DNA from: Alkalilimnicola ehrlichii MLHE-1
GTDB taxonomy: Bacteria > Pseudomonadota > Gammaproteobacteria > Nitrococcales > Halorhodospiraceae
Reading direction: 5' to 3'
Assembly: GCF_000014785.1 (NCBI RefSeq)
Contig: NC_008340.1
Span: 870,001 to 902,000 of the forward strand
DNA: 32,000 bases
In this document: one piece after another, positions 1 to 8,947 of the stretch
How the letters are laid out: each line of letters begins with the position of its first letter
Position numbering within the stretch: position 1 is the first letter of the stretch
Made by a program: the position numbers and the translations under genes
Notes under the pieces: model-generated
Databases searched by the model: none
What the model was told of the DNA's origin: nothing
What the model saw: the letters and a program-made list of their open reading frames with translations, nothing else

Positions 1-677
1 TGTTTCAGATGGACCGGGACGACTTCATCCTCCGCCAGGCCGGGCAATACGCCACCACCGCCGAGGAACAGGAGGCCCGATACGAGAACATCGGCGGTGC
101 CCGCCACCGCGGTCTTGAACTGGCCCTGAGCGGCGAGGCGGGGCAGCGGGTGAGCTGGGGGGCGGCCTACACCCTGCTCGATGCCCGGTTCACCGATTAC
201 GACAATTTCAACCTGGCGCTGGGGAACGCCCGCGGGGAGTTCCTGGGCGAGTGCGACCAGGTCACCCTGGACGACCCGCGCAGCCAGTACTGCGTGGAAC
301 GCCACGACAACAGCGGCAACCGCATCCCGCGGGTACCGCGCCACACCCTCAACCTGCTGGTGGATTTCCACCTGACCCCGGCCTTCACCCTGACCACGGA
401 GAGCCACACGGTCTCCTCCTGGTTCGCAGATGAACTCAACGAGTTCGAACTCTCCGGTCACACCGTCTTCAACCTGGTGGGCAACTACCGCCAGCGCCTG
501 GGCCGGGTGGATCTGCGCGCGTTCCTGCGCGTGGACAACGTCTTCGACCAGTGGCACTACGAGCGCGCCTCGGCCTTCTACGACAACAACCAGGACGGCG
601 AGTACGACTGGGAGGACGTCACCTTCCTGGTGAACCCCGGGCGCACCTGGACCGCCGGTCTGGAGGCGCGCTTCTGA
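1..677 (+). CDS. TonB-dependent receptor, C-terminal part (5' truncated by the window edge)
   Basis: Open frame to TGA at 675-677; alternating beta-strand pattern (FTLTTESHTVSSWFADELNEF..., LRAFLRVDNVFDQWHYERAS) and terminal ...PGRTWTAGLEARF ending in aromatic Phe, typical of outer-membrane TonB receptors. Confidence 0.88.
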   Translation, partial: FQMDRDDFILRQAGQYATTAEEQEARYENIGGARHRGLELALSGEAGQRVSWGAAYTLLDARFTDYDNFNLALGNARGEFLGECDQVTLDDPRSQYCVERHDNSGNRIPRVPRHTLNLLVDFHLTPAFTLTTESHTVSSWFADELNEFELSGHTVFNLVGNYRQRLGRVDLRAFLRVDNVFDQWHYERASAFYDNNQDGEYDWEDVTFLVNPGRTWTAGLEARF

Positions 678-1354
678 TGGCAGGCGGGGTTGGCGGGCTG
701 GTGGCCGAGGGGCTCACCGGCATGACGCTGCCGGCTGCGCTGGCGCTCGGACTGGTCTACGGGGTCAGCGCCTGCGCCGTGGTCTGCCTGCCCTTTCTCG
801 GGCCGGTGCTGTTCGCCACCGGTGAGGGGCCGGGGCGCGCCTGGCGCCGGCTGCTGCCCTTCTCGCTGGGCCGGATCGCCGGTTACGCCGGGATGGCCGG
901 CCTCTCGGCACTGGTCGGGGCGGTGCTGCTGGAGGGGCTCGGCCGGTGGCCCGCCTGGCTGCTGGGCGGTGCCGCACTGGTGCTGGCCGGTTACCTGGCC
1001 TGGGGCGGGGGCGGCGCCAGTGATCGGGGTTGTGCCCGGCGCGGCGGTGCCGGCGCCGTACCGATGACCGGCGGGCTCTTCGTGCTGGGCCTGGGTATGG
1101 CCCTCAATCCGGCCTGCGCGTCCCTGCTGCTGGTGTTGCTCTCCGCCGCCGCCATGGGGTCGGTCAGCGAGGGGGTGTTATTGGGCCTGACTTTCGGGCT
1201 GGGCGTCTCGGTGGGGCCCTTTCTGGTCTTCGGTGTGGTCTTCGCCCAGCTCGGCGCGGCGGTTCATCAATGGCTCTGGCGCTGGCGCGTGGCGCTGCGT
1301 CGCGGTGCCGCGCTGCTCCTGGGGAGTTTCGGTGCGGCCACCGTCTGGTTATAG
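677..1354 (+). CDS. Polytopic membrane protein, DsbD/CcdA or SafE/UreH-like transmembrane family
   Basis: ATG overlaps the upstream stop (TGATG); about 6 hydrophobic segments, duplicated Gly/Pro-rich TM motifs (SACAVVCLPFLGPVLFATG ... LGMALNPACASLLLVLLSAA). The longer ORF start at 551 overlaps the receptor and is unlikely. Confidence 0.7.
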   Translation: MAGGVGGLVAEGLTGMTLPAALALGLVYGVSACAVVCLPFLGPVLFATGEGPGRAWRRLLPFSLGRIAGYAGMAGLSALVGAVLLEGLGRWPAWLLGGAALVLAGYLAWGGGGASDRGCARRGGAGAVPMTGGLFVLGLGMALNPACASLLLVLLSAAAMGSVSEGVLLGLTFGLGVSVGPFLVFGVVFAQLGAAVHQWLWRWRVALRRGAALLLGSFGAATVWL

Positions 1355-1411
1355 GGGCGTGGGGCTAGGCCCCATCACCCAACACACATTGAAATGGGGG
1401 GATTGCTTGCG

Positions 1412-2422
1412 ATGTCTGTCTCTTGGCCTACCCGTCTGTGGGGGGCGCTGGTGTTACTGGCGCTGTTGGGCCCGTGGGGCGCGGCCCAGCCGGTGGAGGA
1501 GGCCGGTCCACTCTGGTTGTCGGATGCCCCGCCCAATGAGGCCTATGCGCAGCGGCTGCGCCGCAGCCACGGCGGTGCGGTGGAGATGGGCCGGGGCGGC
1601 AGCACCGCCAAGCGGCTCTGGCTGCGCCATGGCGCGGTGCCGGAAACCGCCGGCTACACGGACGAGGCGGCCGCGGAGGGGTTCGATTTCCGGGTGACCA
1701 CCCCGGCGGGGGAGGCCGAGCGGCTGCGCCCCTTTGTCGACGAGGCCGGGGTGGGGCTGCACTTTCCGATACCGGAGGAGGGCTTCTATAACGTCTACGC
1801 CACCCGCCGACAGGTCCGGGACGGGGTGCTGGCGGTGGAGGTGGTCAAGCATGAGTTGCTGCGCCACCTTTGCTCCGAGGGCCACGACTATCCCATGACG
1901 CTGGTGGCGCCGCGCCACCTGCCGGAGCTCCCGCTGGAGATCATCCGGCTGCGCCAGCCGGATGAGGATTTCCATACCCGGCTCCACTCCGGTGACACCC
2001 TGCGCTTTCGGGTCCTGCGCCACGGGCAACCCCTCGCCGGGGCGACCGTCCGGCTGGTGAGCCAACGGGGCTGGCGCAACCGTGCGGTCACCGACGCGGA
2101 CGGGGAGGTGGCCTTTGAGCTGATCCGTGACTACTACCCCGACTGGCCGGAGTTCCGCCGTCGCCACCGTGACCGTTTCCTGGTCATCGCCGAGCACCAG
2201 GAGGCGCGCGAGGGCTCCCACGCCGGTGACGCCTACCAGGCCGCGCGCTACACCGTGACGCAGCCGGGCTTCTACACCCCGCCGTCCCGGGAGTACCGCA
2301 GTTATGCCTACGGGTTGAGCGTTGCCGGCACGGCGGCGCTGGTGGTGGCCGTGTTCACGTATGGCTATCGGCGCCGGCGCTGGAACCCACCCCGGGAGGA
2401 GGCCTTCGATGAACGCGATTAG
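1412..2422 (+). CDS. Exported/membrane-anchored protein with Ig-like (DUF4198/carboxypeptidase-regulatory-like) domain
   Basis: N-terminal hydrophobic signal (LWGALVLLALLGPWGAAQP), GQPLAGATVRLVSQRGW..AVTDADGEVAFEL beta-domain motif, C-terminal TM segment AGTAALVVAVFTYGYRRRRW. Confidence 0.55.
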   Translation: MSVSWPTRLWGALVLLALLGPWGAAQPVEEAGPLWLSDAPPNEAYAQRLRRSHGGAVEMGRGGSTAKRLWLRHGAVPETAGYTDEAAAEGFDFRVTTPAGEAERLRPFVDEAGVGLHFPIPEEGFYNVYATRRQVRDGVLAVEVVKHELLRHLCSEGHDYPMTLVAPRHLPELPLEIIRLRQPDEDFHTRLHSGDTLRFRVLRHGQPLAGATVRLVSQRGWRNRAVTDADGEVAFELIRDYYPDWPEFRRRHRDRFLVIAEHQEAREGSHAGDAYQAARYTVTQPGFYTPPSREYRSYAYGLSVAGTAALVVAVFTYGYRRRRWNPPREEAFDERD

Positions 2423-3422
2423 GCACCGTATCCGGCGCTTTCTGGATGGGGCGGACATCCGCCGCTTTCGCTTCTGGGTGCAACTGGCCGCCTTTGTGCT
2501 GCTGACCTATGGCGGTTATCTTGCCATCGACTTCGGCAGCAGCCTGCCGACCTTCTCCTGCGTGTTCAATCAGGAGGGGCGGGCCGGCGTCTGCTACCTG
2601 TTCCCGCTGCAGCACCACACCCAGATCAGCTGGGATACCGTCTTCGGCTGGCGGGGCGTGATCCTGGTCACTGGCCTGGTCACCTTCGTCGCCTGGCTGA
2701 TCTTCCTGAACAAAGCCTGGTGTGGCTATGTCTGCCCCCTGGGCACGATCCAGGACTGGCTGACCCGGCTGCGCCAGGCCCTGGGCATCCGCTACACCGC
2801 GCTCAGCGAGACCACCCTGCGCCGGATCCGGCCGGTAAAGTTCGTCCTGCTGGCGCTGCTCATCGCGCTGCCGCTGTTCATCGTCAACCCGATCGTCGGG
2901 GCGACCCTGCCCGATGATGCCAGCGTGCCCTTCTGCAAGATCTGCCCGGCACGCATGGTGATGCCGCTGTTCACCGGCGATGTCTCGCAGCTCAGCGTGG
3001 ACTTCTCCACGGTCACCGCCATGGCCTTTACGGCGGTGGGCATGGCCATCACCGGTTTGTTTTTTGTCGGGGCCTTCATGCGGCCGCGTTTTTTCTGCCT
3101 CTTCTGCCCCATGAGCGCGCTGCACTATCTGTTCAAGCCCATCGGGCTGCTGCGCCTGCGCAAGACCGGTGACAAGTGCACCCGCTGCGGCAACTGCTAC
3201 CGGGTCTGCGATATGCAGATCAAGGCCATCGCCGACGACGTCGAGCGCCGGCACATCATGACCGACGACTGCATGATGTGCCTGAAGTGCGTCGCCGCCT
3301 GCCCGGAGCGCGATGCCCTGCAGGCCCGCTTCATGGGCATTCCCATCTACCGCTCCACGGAGGAGGGGTTCGAGCGGCGCTTTGCCCGCGCCACCCGCCA
3401 AGAGCACGAGGATCAGCGATGA
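2409..3422 (+). CDS. NapH/CcoG-like membrane-bound polyferredoxin (4Fe-4S)
   Basis: Several TM segments, CGYVCPLG and CLFCP motifs between TMs, and two C-terminal ferredoxin clusters CTRCGNCYRVC and CMMCLKCVAACP. Start ATG 2409 overlaps the upstream stop region. Confidence 0.85.
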   Translation: MNAIRHRIRRFLDGADIRRFRFWVQLAAFVLLTYGGYLAIDFGSSLPTFSCVFNQEGRAGVCYLFPLQHHTQISWDTVFGWRGVILVTGLVTFVAWLIFLNKAWCGYVCPLGTIQDWLTRLRQALGIRYTALSETTLRRIRPVKFVLLALLIALPLFIVNPIVGATLPDDASVPFCKICPARMVMPLFTGDVSQLSVDFSTVTAMAFTAVGMAITGLFFVGAFMRPRFFCLFCPMSALHYLFKPIGLLRLRKTGDKCTRCGNCYRVCDMQIKAIADDVERRHIMTDDCMMCLKCVAACPERDALQARFMGIPIYRSTEEGFERRFARATRQEHEDQR

Positions 3423-4681
3423 GCCGCACCCGCGAGATCATCCACAAACGCCACGGCATGGAGTCCAAGGAGACCTTGCGCAAGCTGGTGCACGAGTTCC
3501 CCGACAACCCCGCCGGGATGGACTACTTCTACGCCCTTTTCGAGCGGGCCTACTGCGATGGCGAACCGCTCCACGAGGGCAGGCCGGTGGTGGGTACCCT
3601 CTGCGTGCAGGCCCCGGATGAATTGGTCCGGGCCTGTGGGGGGGTGCCGGTCCGGCTGTGCAACGGGGCCTACGCCCTGGACCAGGTGGGGGCGGAGCAC
3701 CTGCCGGCGCGCAGTTGCCCGCTGGTGCGGGCCACCCTGGGGGCGTTCGAGAGCCGGGCGGTGGCGCCCATGGATCAGTTGAGCCTGGTGATCAACCCCA
3801 CCACCTGCGATCAGAAGAAAAAGGCCGCCGAGCACATCGCCAGCCTGGGGTATGAGGTGTACAGCCTGGAGTTCCCGCCGGTGAAGCACAGCGAGCAGGC
3901 CCGGGAATACTGGCGCAGTTCCGTGCGCCGGTTCGCCCACAGCCTGCCGCGCTACACCGGGCGCAAGCTCACCCGCCGCCGGCTTCGCCGTGCGCTGCAC
4001 GAGGTGGACCGGGCCCAGGCGGAGTACCGGCGGCTGCAGCGGCTGCGCCAGGCCCGGCCGACCCCGCTCTTCGGGAAGGATGCCTTCCTGGTGACGGGGG
4101 CGTACTTCTTCGATGACCTCGGGCGCTGGACCGAGGCCCTGCGGGCGCTCAACGACGAGCTGGAGCAGCGGGTGGCCGACGGCTTCGCCGCCGCCCAGTC
4201 GCGCGCCCCGCGCATCCTCTTTACCGGGTCCCCGCCGATCTTCCCCAACCTCAAGCTGCCCATGCTCATTGAGCAGTCGGGGGCCATCGTGGTGGCCGAC
4301 GAGGTCTGCTCCGCCAACCGGATGCTGCACGACCGGGTCGCGGTGGACGAGTGGTTTCTCTACGACATGGTGGATGCCATCGCCGACCGCTACCTCAAGC
4401 CCTGCACCTGTCCCATCTTCGACACCAGCGAGGACCGCCGCCGCCGGCTGCTGGAACTGGCCCGTAGCCACCATGTGGACGGCGTGGTCTACCAGGCCTT
4501 CGCCGGCTGCCAGGTCTACGAGATGGAGCACCGCGCCATCGCCCAGGCCCTGCAGGCGGAGCAACTGCCGGTGATGTACATCGAGACCGACTACAGCCCG
4601 GACGACATGGGGCAACTCTCCACCCGCGTGGAGGCATTCGTGGAATCACTCAAGGCGAAACGGAGGCGGCGAACGGCATGA
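3419..4681 (+). CDS. 2-hydroxyacyl-CoA dehydratase / BcrBC / double-cubane cluster protein (YjiM-like) family
   Basis: Motifs GTLCVQAPDELVRACGGVPVRLCNGAY, ARSCPLV, NPTTCDQKKK, MYIETDYSPDDMGQLSTRVEAFVE; partner gene is the ATPase activator. ATGA overlap with the upstream gene. Confidence 0.82.
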   Translation: MSRTREIIHKRHGMESKETLRKLVHEFPDNPAGMDYFYALFERAYCDGEPLHEGRPVVGTLCVQAPDELVRACGGVPVRLCNGAYALDQVGAEHLPARSCPLVRATLGAFESRAVAPMDQLSLVINPTTCDQKKKAAEHIASLGYEVYSLEFPPVKHSEQAREYWRSSVRRFAHSLPRYTGRKLTRRRLRRALHEVDRAQAEYRRLQRLRQARPTPLFGKDAFLVTGAYFFDDLGRWTEALRALNDELEQRVADGFAAAQSRAPRILFTGSPPIFPNLKLPMLIEQSGAIVVADEVCSANRMLHDRVAVDEWFLYDMVDAIADRYLKPCTCPIFDTSEDRRRRLLELARSHHVDGVVYQAFAGCQVYEMEHRAIAQALQAEQLPVMYIETDYSPDDMGQLSTRVEAFVESLKAKRRRRTA

Positions 4682-5502
4682 GCTTTTACATTGGCATTGA
4701 CATCGGGTCCACGGCCATCAAGGTGGCCCTGGCGGATGCGGACGGTGAGAAGGTGGCCAGCCGGGTGGACCCTACCGGGGCCGACTTCCGGGCCAATGCC
4801 GTGCGCAGCTTCGAGCGGTTGATGACGGACAACGGCGTCCGCCGCCGGGAGGTCCGTTACATCCTGGCCACCGGCTACGGCCGCCGGCTGTTCCGCGAGG
4901 CGGACGACTCCATGAGCGAGATCACCGCCAACGCCGTGGGCGCCCACCGGGTGGGGCAGGCCTACGGCGGGGTGGCCACCGTGATCAATATCGGCGGTCA
5001 GGACACCAAGGCCATCGGTCTGGATGACGACGGCCATGTGAACAAATTCGCCATGAACGACAAGTGCGCCGCCGGCACCGGACGCTTTCTGGATGTGGCC
5101 GCGCGCAACCTGGAGATCGGCCTGAAGGAACTGGGCGACTACCACCACCGGGTGCAGGGCATGCCCGCCACCCTGAACAGCACCTGTGCGGTCTTTGCCG
5201 AATCGGAGATCATCGGCCTGTTGGCCACCGGCCACGGCAAGCCGGAGATCGTCGCCGGCATCCACGCCGCCATCGCCAAGCGCACCGCACGCCTGGCCCG
5301 CCGGGTGGGTCTGGGCGAGCGGGTGCTCTTTGACGGCGGGCCGGCGCTGAACACCGGCCTGGTGGCCGCCTTGGAGGAGGCGCTGATGCGTGAGTTGATC
5401 ATCCCGCCCGAGCCGCAGACGGTGACCGCCTACGGTGCCGCGCTGCTGGGGCGCGATATCGACCGCTCCGAGCGGGCGCTGGCGGAGGAGGAGTTGCCCT
5501 GA
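4678..5502 (+). CDS. BadF/BadG/HgdC-family ATPase, activator/reductase of a dehydratase or double-cubane protein
   Basis: ASKHA ATPase start FYIGIDIGSTAIKVAL, NIGGQDTKAI, NDKCAAGTGRFLD; ATGA overlap with the upstream gene. Confidence 0.9.
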   Translation: MSFYIGIDIGSTAIKVALADADGEKVASRVDPTGADFRANAVRSFERLMTDNGVRRREVRYILATGYGRRLFREADDSMSEITANAVGAHRVGQAYGGVATVINIGGQDTKAIGLDDDGHVNKFAMNDKCAAGTGRFLDVAARNLEIGLKELGDYHHRVQGMPATLNSTCAVFAESEIIGLLATGHGKPEIVAGIHAAIAKRTARLARRVGLGERVLFDGGPALNTGLVAALEEALMRELIIPPEPQTVTAYGAALLGRDIDRSERALAEEELP

Positions 5503-5533
5503 CGCCACGGCAGGCCCACGCCCGCGCCCGGCA

Positions 5534-6547
5534 TCACGCCACCTGCCAGGCGGCCCCCGCCTCCAGCAGCCGCTGCACGTCGCCCGCGGGCACCGGGGGC
5601 GGTTCCGCGTGCGCCGCCGCCTGTGGCTCGGGGTCGCAATAGAGGACACCCAGCGCGACCGGGAACTCCGGCGGCTGCAGTTGCGCCAGCAGGCCCGCCA
5701 GCAGAGGGTTGCGCTCATCGTGCACCAGCAGCTCGTCCTCGGGCACGCCGTCGTCGGTGCCCACGCGGACCACCTCCAGGGTCAGGGTGCGCGGGTTGAG
5801 ACGAAGCCCCTTTTCACCGTCGCGGCCGTAGCGCATGGGCGCCCCGTGGACCAGCCGCAGGGTGTTGTCGGGGGCGCGGTCCTTATCGGTGATCTCGGCG
5901 AAAACCCGGTCGTTGTAGACAATGCAATTCTGATACAGCTCCACCAGTGAGGCACCACGATGCCGGTAAGCCCGCTCCAGCACCTCCGGCAGGGTCTTCT
6001 GGTCCGTGTCCACCGCCCGTGCGACGAACCGTGCGCCGGCCCCCAGGGCGAATCGGGCGGGCACCACCGGATCGTCGGTGGAACCCGCGGCACTGGTGGG
6101 CGAGCGGGTGCCGGGCCGTGACGTGGGCGATGACTGCCCCTTGGTCAGCCCGTAGATCTCATTGTTGAACAACAGGATCTGCAGGTCGGTATTGCGCCGC
6201 AGGGCATGCAGCAAGTGGTTGCCGCCAATGCTCAGGCCATCGCCGTCACCGGTGACCACCCAGACATCCAGCGTCGGGTTGCCCAGTTTCACCCCCGTCG
6301 CCACCGCCGGTGCGCGGCCGTGAATGGTATGGAAGCCGTAGGTCTCCAGGTAGTAGGGCAGGCGCGACGAGCAACCGATGCCCGATATGAACACCTGTTG
6401 CTCCCGCGGGGCGTCCAGCCCGGCCAGCGTTTTCTGGATGCCCTTGAGGATGGCGTAGTCCCCGCAGCCCGGGCACCAGCGCACCTGCTGATCCGATGCG
6501 AAGTCCGCGGGCTTGCGTTGCTGCAGGACTGAGACGGCCGTACTCAT
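5534..6547 (-). CDS. korB: 2-oxoacid:ferredoxin oxidoreductase beta subunit (2-oxoglutarate-type)
   Basis: WCPGCGDYAILKGIQ, GIGCSSRLPYY, TPP-binding GDGDGLSIGGNH..NNEIYGLTKGQ; coupled to the upstream alpha subunit. Confidence 0.88.
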   Translation of the reverse strand: MSTAVSVLQQRKPADFASDQQVRWCPGCGDYAILKGIQKTLAGLDAPREQQVFISGIGCSSRLPYYLETYGFHTIHGRAPAVATGVKLGNPTLDVWVVTGDGDGLSIGGNHLLHALRRNTDLQILLFNNEIYGLTKGQSSPTSRPGTRSPTSAAGSTDDPVVPARFALGAGARFVARAVDTDQKTLPEVLERAYRHRGASLVELYQNCIVYNDRVFAEITDKDRAPDNTLRLVHGAPMRYGRDGEKGLRLNPRTLTLEVVRVGTDDGVPEDELLVHDERNPLLAGLLAQLQPPEFPVALGVLYCDPEPQAAAHAEPPPVPAGDVQRLLEAGAAWQVA

Positions 6548-8430
6548 GCGGTTGCCTCCAGGATCGATGTGATGGCGTCTTCGATTCGGCCCACCTTGAA
6601 GGGTTGGCCCGTGACCTGCCCCAGGCTGCGGGCGTCGATCCCGAAACGGGCCCGCAGGACGTTGACCAGTTGGCCATTGTTCAGCTCCGGGACCAGGACG
6701 TGGTCGTAGCGTCCGAGCAGTTCGCCGAGGTTGGCCGGGAAGGGGCTCAGGTAACGCAGGTGGATATGGTCCACTGCGCTGCCTTGCGCACGCGCGCGGT
6801 GAACGGCCTGGTTGAGCGCACCGTAGGTGGAGCCCCAGCCCACCACGGCGAGGCGACCGTCACCGTCGCCCGCGGCCACGGTCTGTGCCGGGATGTCCCG
6901 GGCGATGCCGGCGACCTTGGCCGCGCGGGCATCCGTCATGCGCTGGTGGTTTTCCGGTTCATAGGCGATGTGGCCACTGCCCTCCGCCTTCTCCAACCCG
7001 CCGATGCGGTGCTCGAGGTCGGGTGTTCCGGGCCGTACCCAGGGTCGGGCACCGGTGGCCGGGTCCCGTTGGTAGGGTTGGAAGCCTTCGGGGTCGTCGG
7101 TGCGGAAATGGACCGGAAAGTGCGCCAGGCCGTTCACATCGGGCACCCGCCAGGGCTCTGCGGCGTTGACCAGATAACCATCCGCCAGCACCATGACCGG
7201 GACCATATAGCGGGTCGCCAGGCGCACGGCCTCCACCGCCACCTCAAAGCAGTCCCCGGGGGTGGCGGCCGCCAGCACTGCGAGCGGGGCATCGCCGTGC
7301 CGCCCGTAAAGCGCCTGGTAGAGGTCGGACTGCTCGGTCTTGGTGGGCAGGCCGGTCGAGGGTCCGCCACGCTGGCAGTTGACCACGACCAGCGGCAGCT
7401 CGGCGCTGACCGCCAGCCCGAGGGCCTCGGTCTTCAGGGCGATGCCGGGGCCGGAGCTGGCCGTGACCCCCAGGGCACCGCTGTAGGAGGCACCGATCGC
7501 GGCACAGGCGGCGGCGATCTCATCTTCGGCCTGCAACGTCCGCAAGCCCTCGCATTCGATATCGGCCATCAAATGCAACAGGTTGGACGCGGGGGTGATG
7601 GGGTAGGAGGCGAAAACCATGGGCAGGTCCGCCCGGGCCGAGCCCGCCAGCAGCCCCCAGGTCAGCCCCTCGGCACCGGTCACGGTCCGGTAGAGACCGG
7701 GGGCGCGCTGCCGGGGTGCCACCGCTCGCCGGGGCAGCGTGGCGCCGAGTTCCGCCGTCTCGCCGTAGGCGTGGCCCGCCAGCAGCGCCGCGCGGTTGGC
7801 CTCGCGCAGGCGGTCACGGGCTGCGAACTTCTCGTCGATCCAGGTCAGCGTGGCCGCCGGGTCGTGGCCGTACATCCAATAGGTCAGGCCCAGTGCCCAG
7901 AGGTTCTTGCAACGCAGGGCCTCGGCCTGGGAGAGACCGAAGGGCTTGACCGCCTCCTTGGTCAACCGGGCGATATCCAGTTCAATCACCTGGAAGCCAT
8001 CGAGGGTGCCGTCATCCCGCGGGTCCTGTGCGTAGCCGGCCTTGGCCAGGTTGCGCTTGGAGAAGCCACCGCTGTTCAGAATGACCGTACCCGCCGCTGC
8101 CAAGTCCGGCAGATTGACTGCCAGTGCGGCCGGGTTCATGGCCACCAGGACCTCCGGGGCATCGCCCGGGGTGGCCACGCGATCAGCCCCAAACTGGATC
8201 TGAAAGGACGACACGCCGAAGGGGGTCCCCGCCGGTGCCCGGATCTCCGCTGGAAAACTGGGCAGGGTGGCGAGATCATGACCGGCCATGGCCGTGGTTC
8301 GGGTGAATTGGCTGCCGGTGAGCTGCATGCCATCGCCGGAGTCGCCGGCGAATCGCACCACCACCGCGCGGTCGGTGGACGCTGCGGTGGTGAGGGTGGC
8401 GCTGGTGTGGTCCTGCTCCTGCTGGGGCAT
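6544..8430 (-). CDS. korA: 2-oxoacid:acceptor oxidoreductase, fused gamma-alpha subunit
   Basis: RFAGDSGDGMQLTGSQF N-terminal gamma domain; FASYPITPASNLLHLM and ASSGPGIALKTEALG alpha domain. Start ATG 8430 is preceded by GGAGGAG; the listed start at 8448 lies upstream of that RBS. Confidence 0.88.
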   Translation of the reverse strand: MPQQEQDHTSATLTTAASTDRAVVVRFAGDSGDGMQLTGSQFTRTTAMAGHDLATLPSFPAEIRAPAGTPFGVSSFQIQFGADRVATPGDAPEVLVAMNPAALAVNLPDLAAAGTVILNSGGFSKRNLAKAGYAQDPRDDGTLDGFQVIELDIARLTKEAVKPFGLSQAEALRCKNLWALGLTYWMYGHDPAATLTWIDEKFAARDRLREANRAALLAGHAYGETAELGATLPRRAVAPRQRAPGLYRTVTGAEGLTWGLLAGSARADLPMVFASYPITPASNLLHLMADIECEGLRTLQAEDEIAAACAAIGASYSGALGVTASSGPGIALKTEALGLAVSAELPLVVVNCQRGGPSTGLPTKTEQSDLYQALYGRHGDAPLAVLAAATPGDCFEVAVEAVRLATRYMVPVMVLADGYLVNAAEPWRVPDVNGLAHFPVHFRTDDPEGFQPYQRDPATGARPWVRPGTPDLEHRIGGLEKAEGSGHIAYEPENHQRMTDARAAKVAGIARDIPAQTVAAGDGDGRLAVVGWGSTYGALNQAVHRARAQGSAVDHIHLRYLSPFPANLGELLGRYDHVLVPELNNGQLVNVLRARFGIDARSLGQVTGQPFKVGRIEDAITSILEATA

Positions 8431-8460
8431 GACATCTCCTCCGGGCATAGTGACGACTCA

Positions 8461-8491
8461 CTCGAATCCGATGCAGGCTCCCGGATTCGAG
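8461..8491. promoter_or_regulatory. Perfect 10-bp inverted repeat in the korAB 5' region
   Basis: CTCGAATCCG (8461-8470) ... CGGATTCGAG (8482-8491), 11-nt spacer, 31 bp upstream of the korA start. Confidence 0.45.
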
Positions 8492-8708
8492 AAGGCCAGC
8501 CTACTCGGAGAGGCTTGCTCCGACAAAGACTATAAAGACGTATTTTTATCTCTCCGGGTTAGGATGGGCCCGGCGCAGGCTGGGGGCGGCCGCGGTGGTG
8601 CCCAGGCGGATGACCGACGGGACGGGTGACGGGGTGGTGGAGGTCCGGGCCTCCAGGGGTACGCCGACCAGCAACGATAGCCGAGCGCTGCGAGCGGGCG
8701 TCAGACAA

Positions 8709-8742
8709 GAAAAAAGCCGCCCCGGTAACCCCGTAAGCGGCT
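8709..8742 (-). terminator. Rho-independent terminator copy downstream of the tRNA fragment
   Basis: On the minus strand AGCCGC...GCGGCTTTTTTC. Confidence 0.6.
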
Positions 8743-8760
8743 GTTTTTCTTTGCTTTGTC

Positions 8761-8808
8761 TGGTAGGCGCGAGTGGACCCGAACCACCGACCCCCACCAT
8801 GTCAAGGT
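8761..8808 (-). pseudogene. tRNA-Val 3' fragment (anticodon-loop region to CCA), displaced by integration
   Basis: Same sequence as the 3' part of the intact tRNA at 17757-17833 except one T-loop change; no 5' half present. Confidence 0.9.
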
Positions 8809-8911
8809 TTCATAGAACCCCCGTGCCATGCGGGTCACAGTAATAAAAACAGAAAGATAGGCGTGTTACCAAGGAATGGTAGGGTTCTGTTGTGAAAGAT
8901 TGTGGTACCAT

Positions 8912-8934
8912 GATGGTCACAGATTGGTCACACG
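8912..8934. repeat. Left paired TGGTCACA site (candidate integrase arm site or operator)
   Basis: gatggtcacagattggtcacacg, identical 23-mer at 17657-17679. Confidence 0.75.
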
Positions 8935-8947
8935 GGAGCCTGTCGCC

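Larger units (their letters stand above)
8702..8808. repeat. Left direct repeat (att, remnant of tRNA-Val 3' half plus terminator)
   Basis: cagacaagaaaaaagccgccccgg...cccccaccatgtcaaggt, matches 17698-17804 with two mismatches. Confidence 0.95.

Noticed and set aside
4591-5718. 375-aa ORF labelled + in the supplied track
   Set aside because: The sequence at 4591 reads cta (reverse stop) and the protein MSATLCWRACW... comes from the minus strand starting at 5718. It is an Arg/Gly-rich shadow of the BadF-type ATPase gene and the korB end, not a real gene.
6496-8535. 679-aa plus-strand ORF opposite korA/korB
   Set aside because: Antisense shadow ORF in high-GC DNA; low-complexity composition without recognisable motifs, while the minus-strand korA product has clear diagnostic motifs.
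8876-8947. N-terminal extension MVGFCCERLWYHDGHRLVTREPVA of the integrase
   Set aside because: The resemblance to the end of the right-hand ORF (YPDGHRLVTRSPE) is caused by the shared 23-bp non-coding repeat; ATG 8948 gives a normal P4-type integrase N-terminus.
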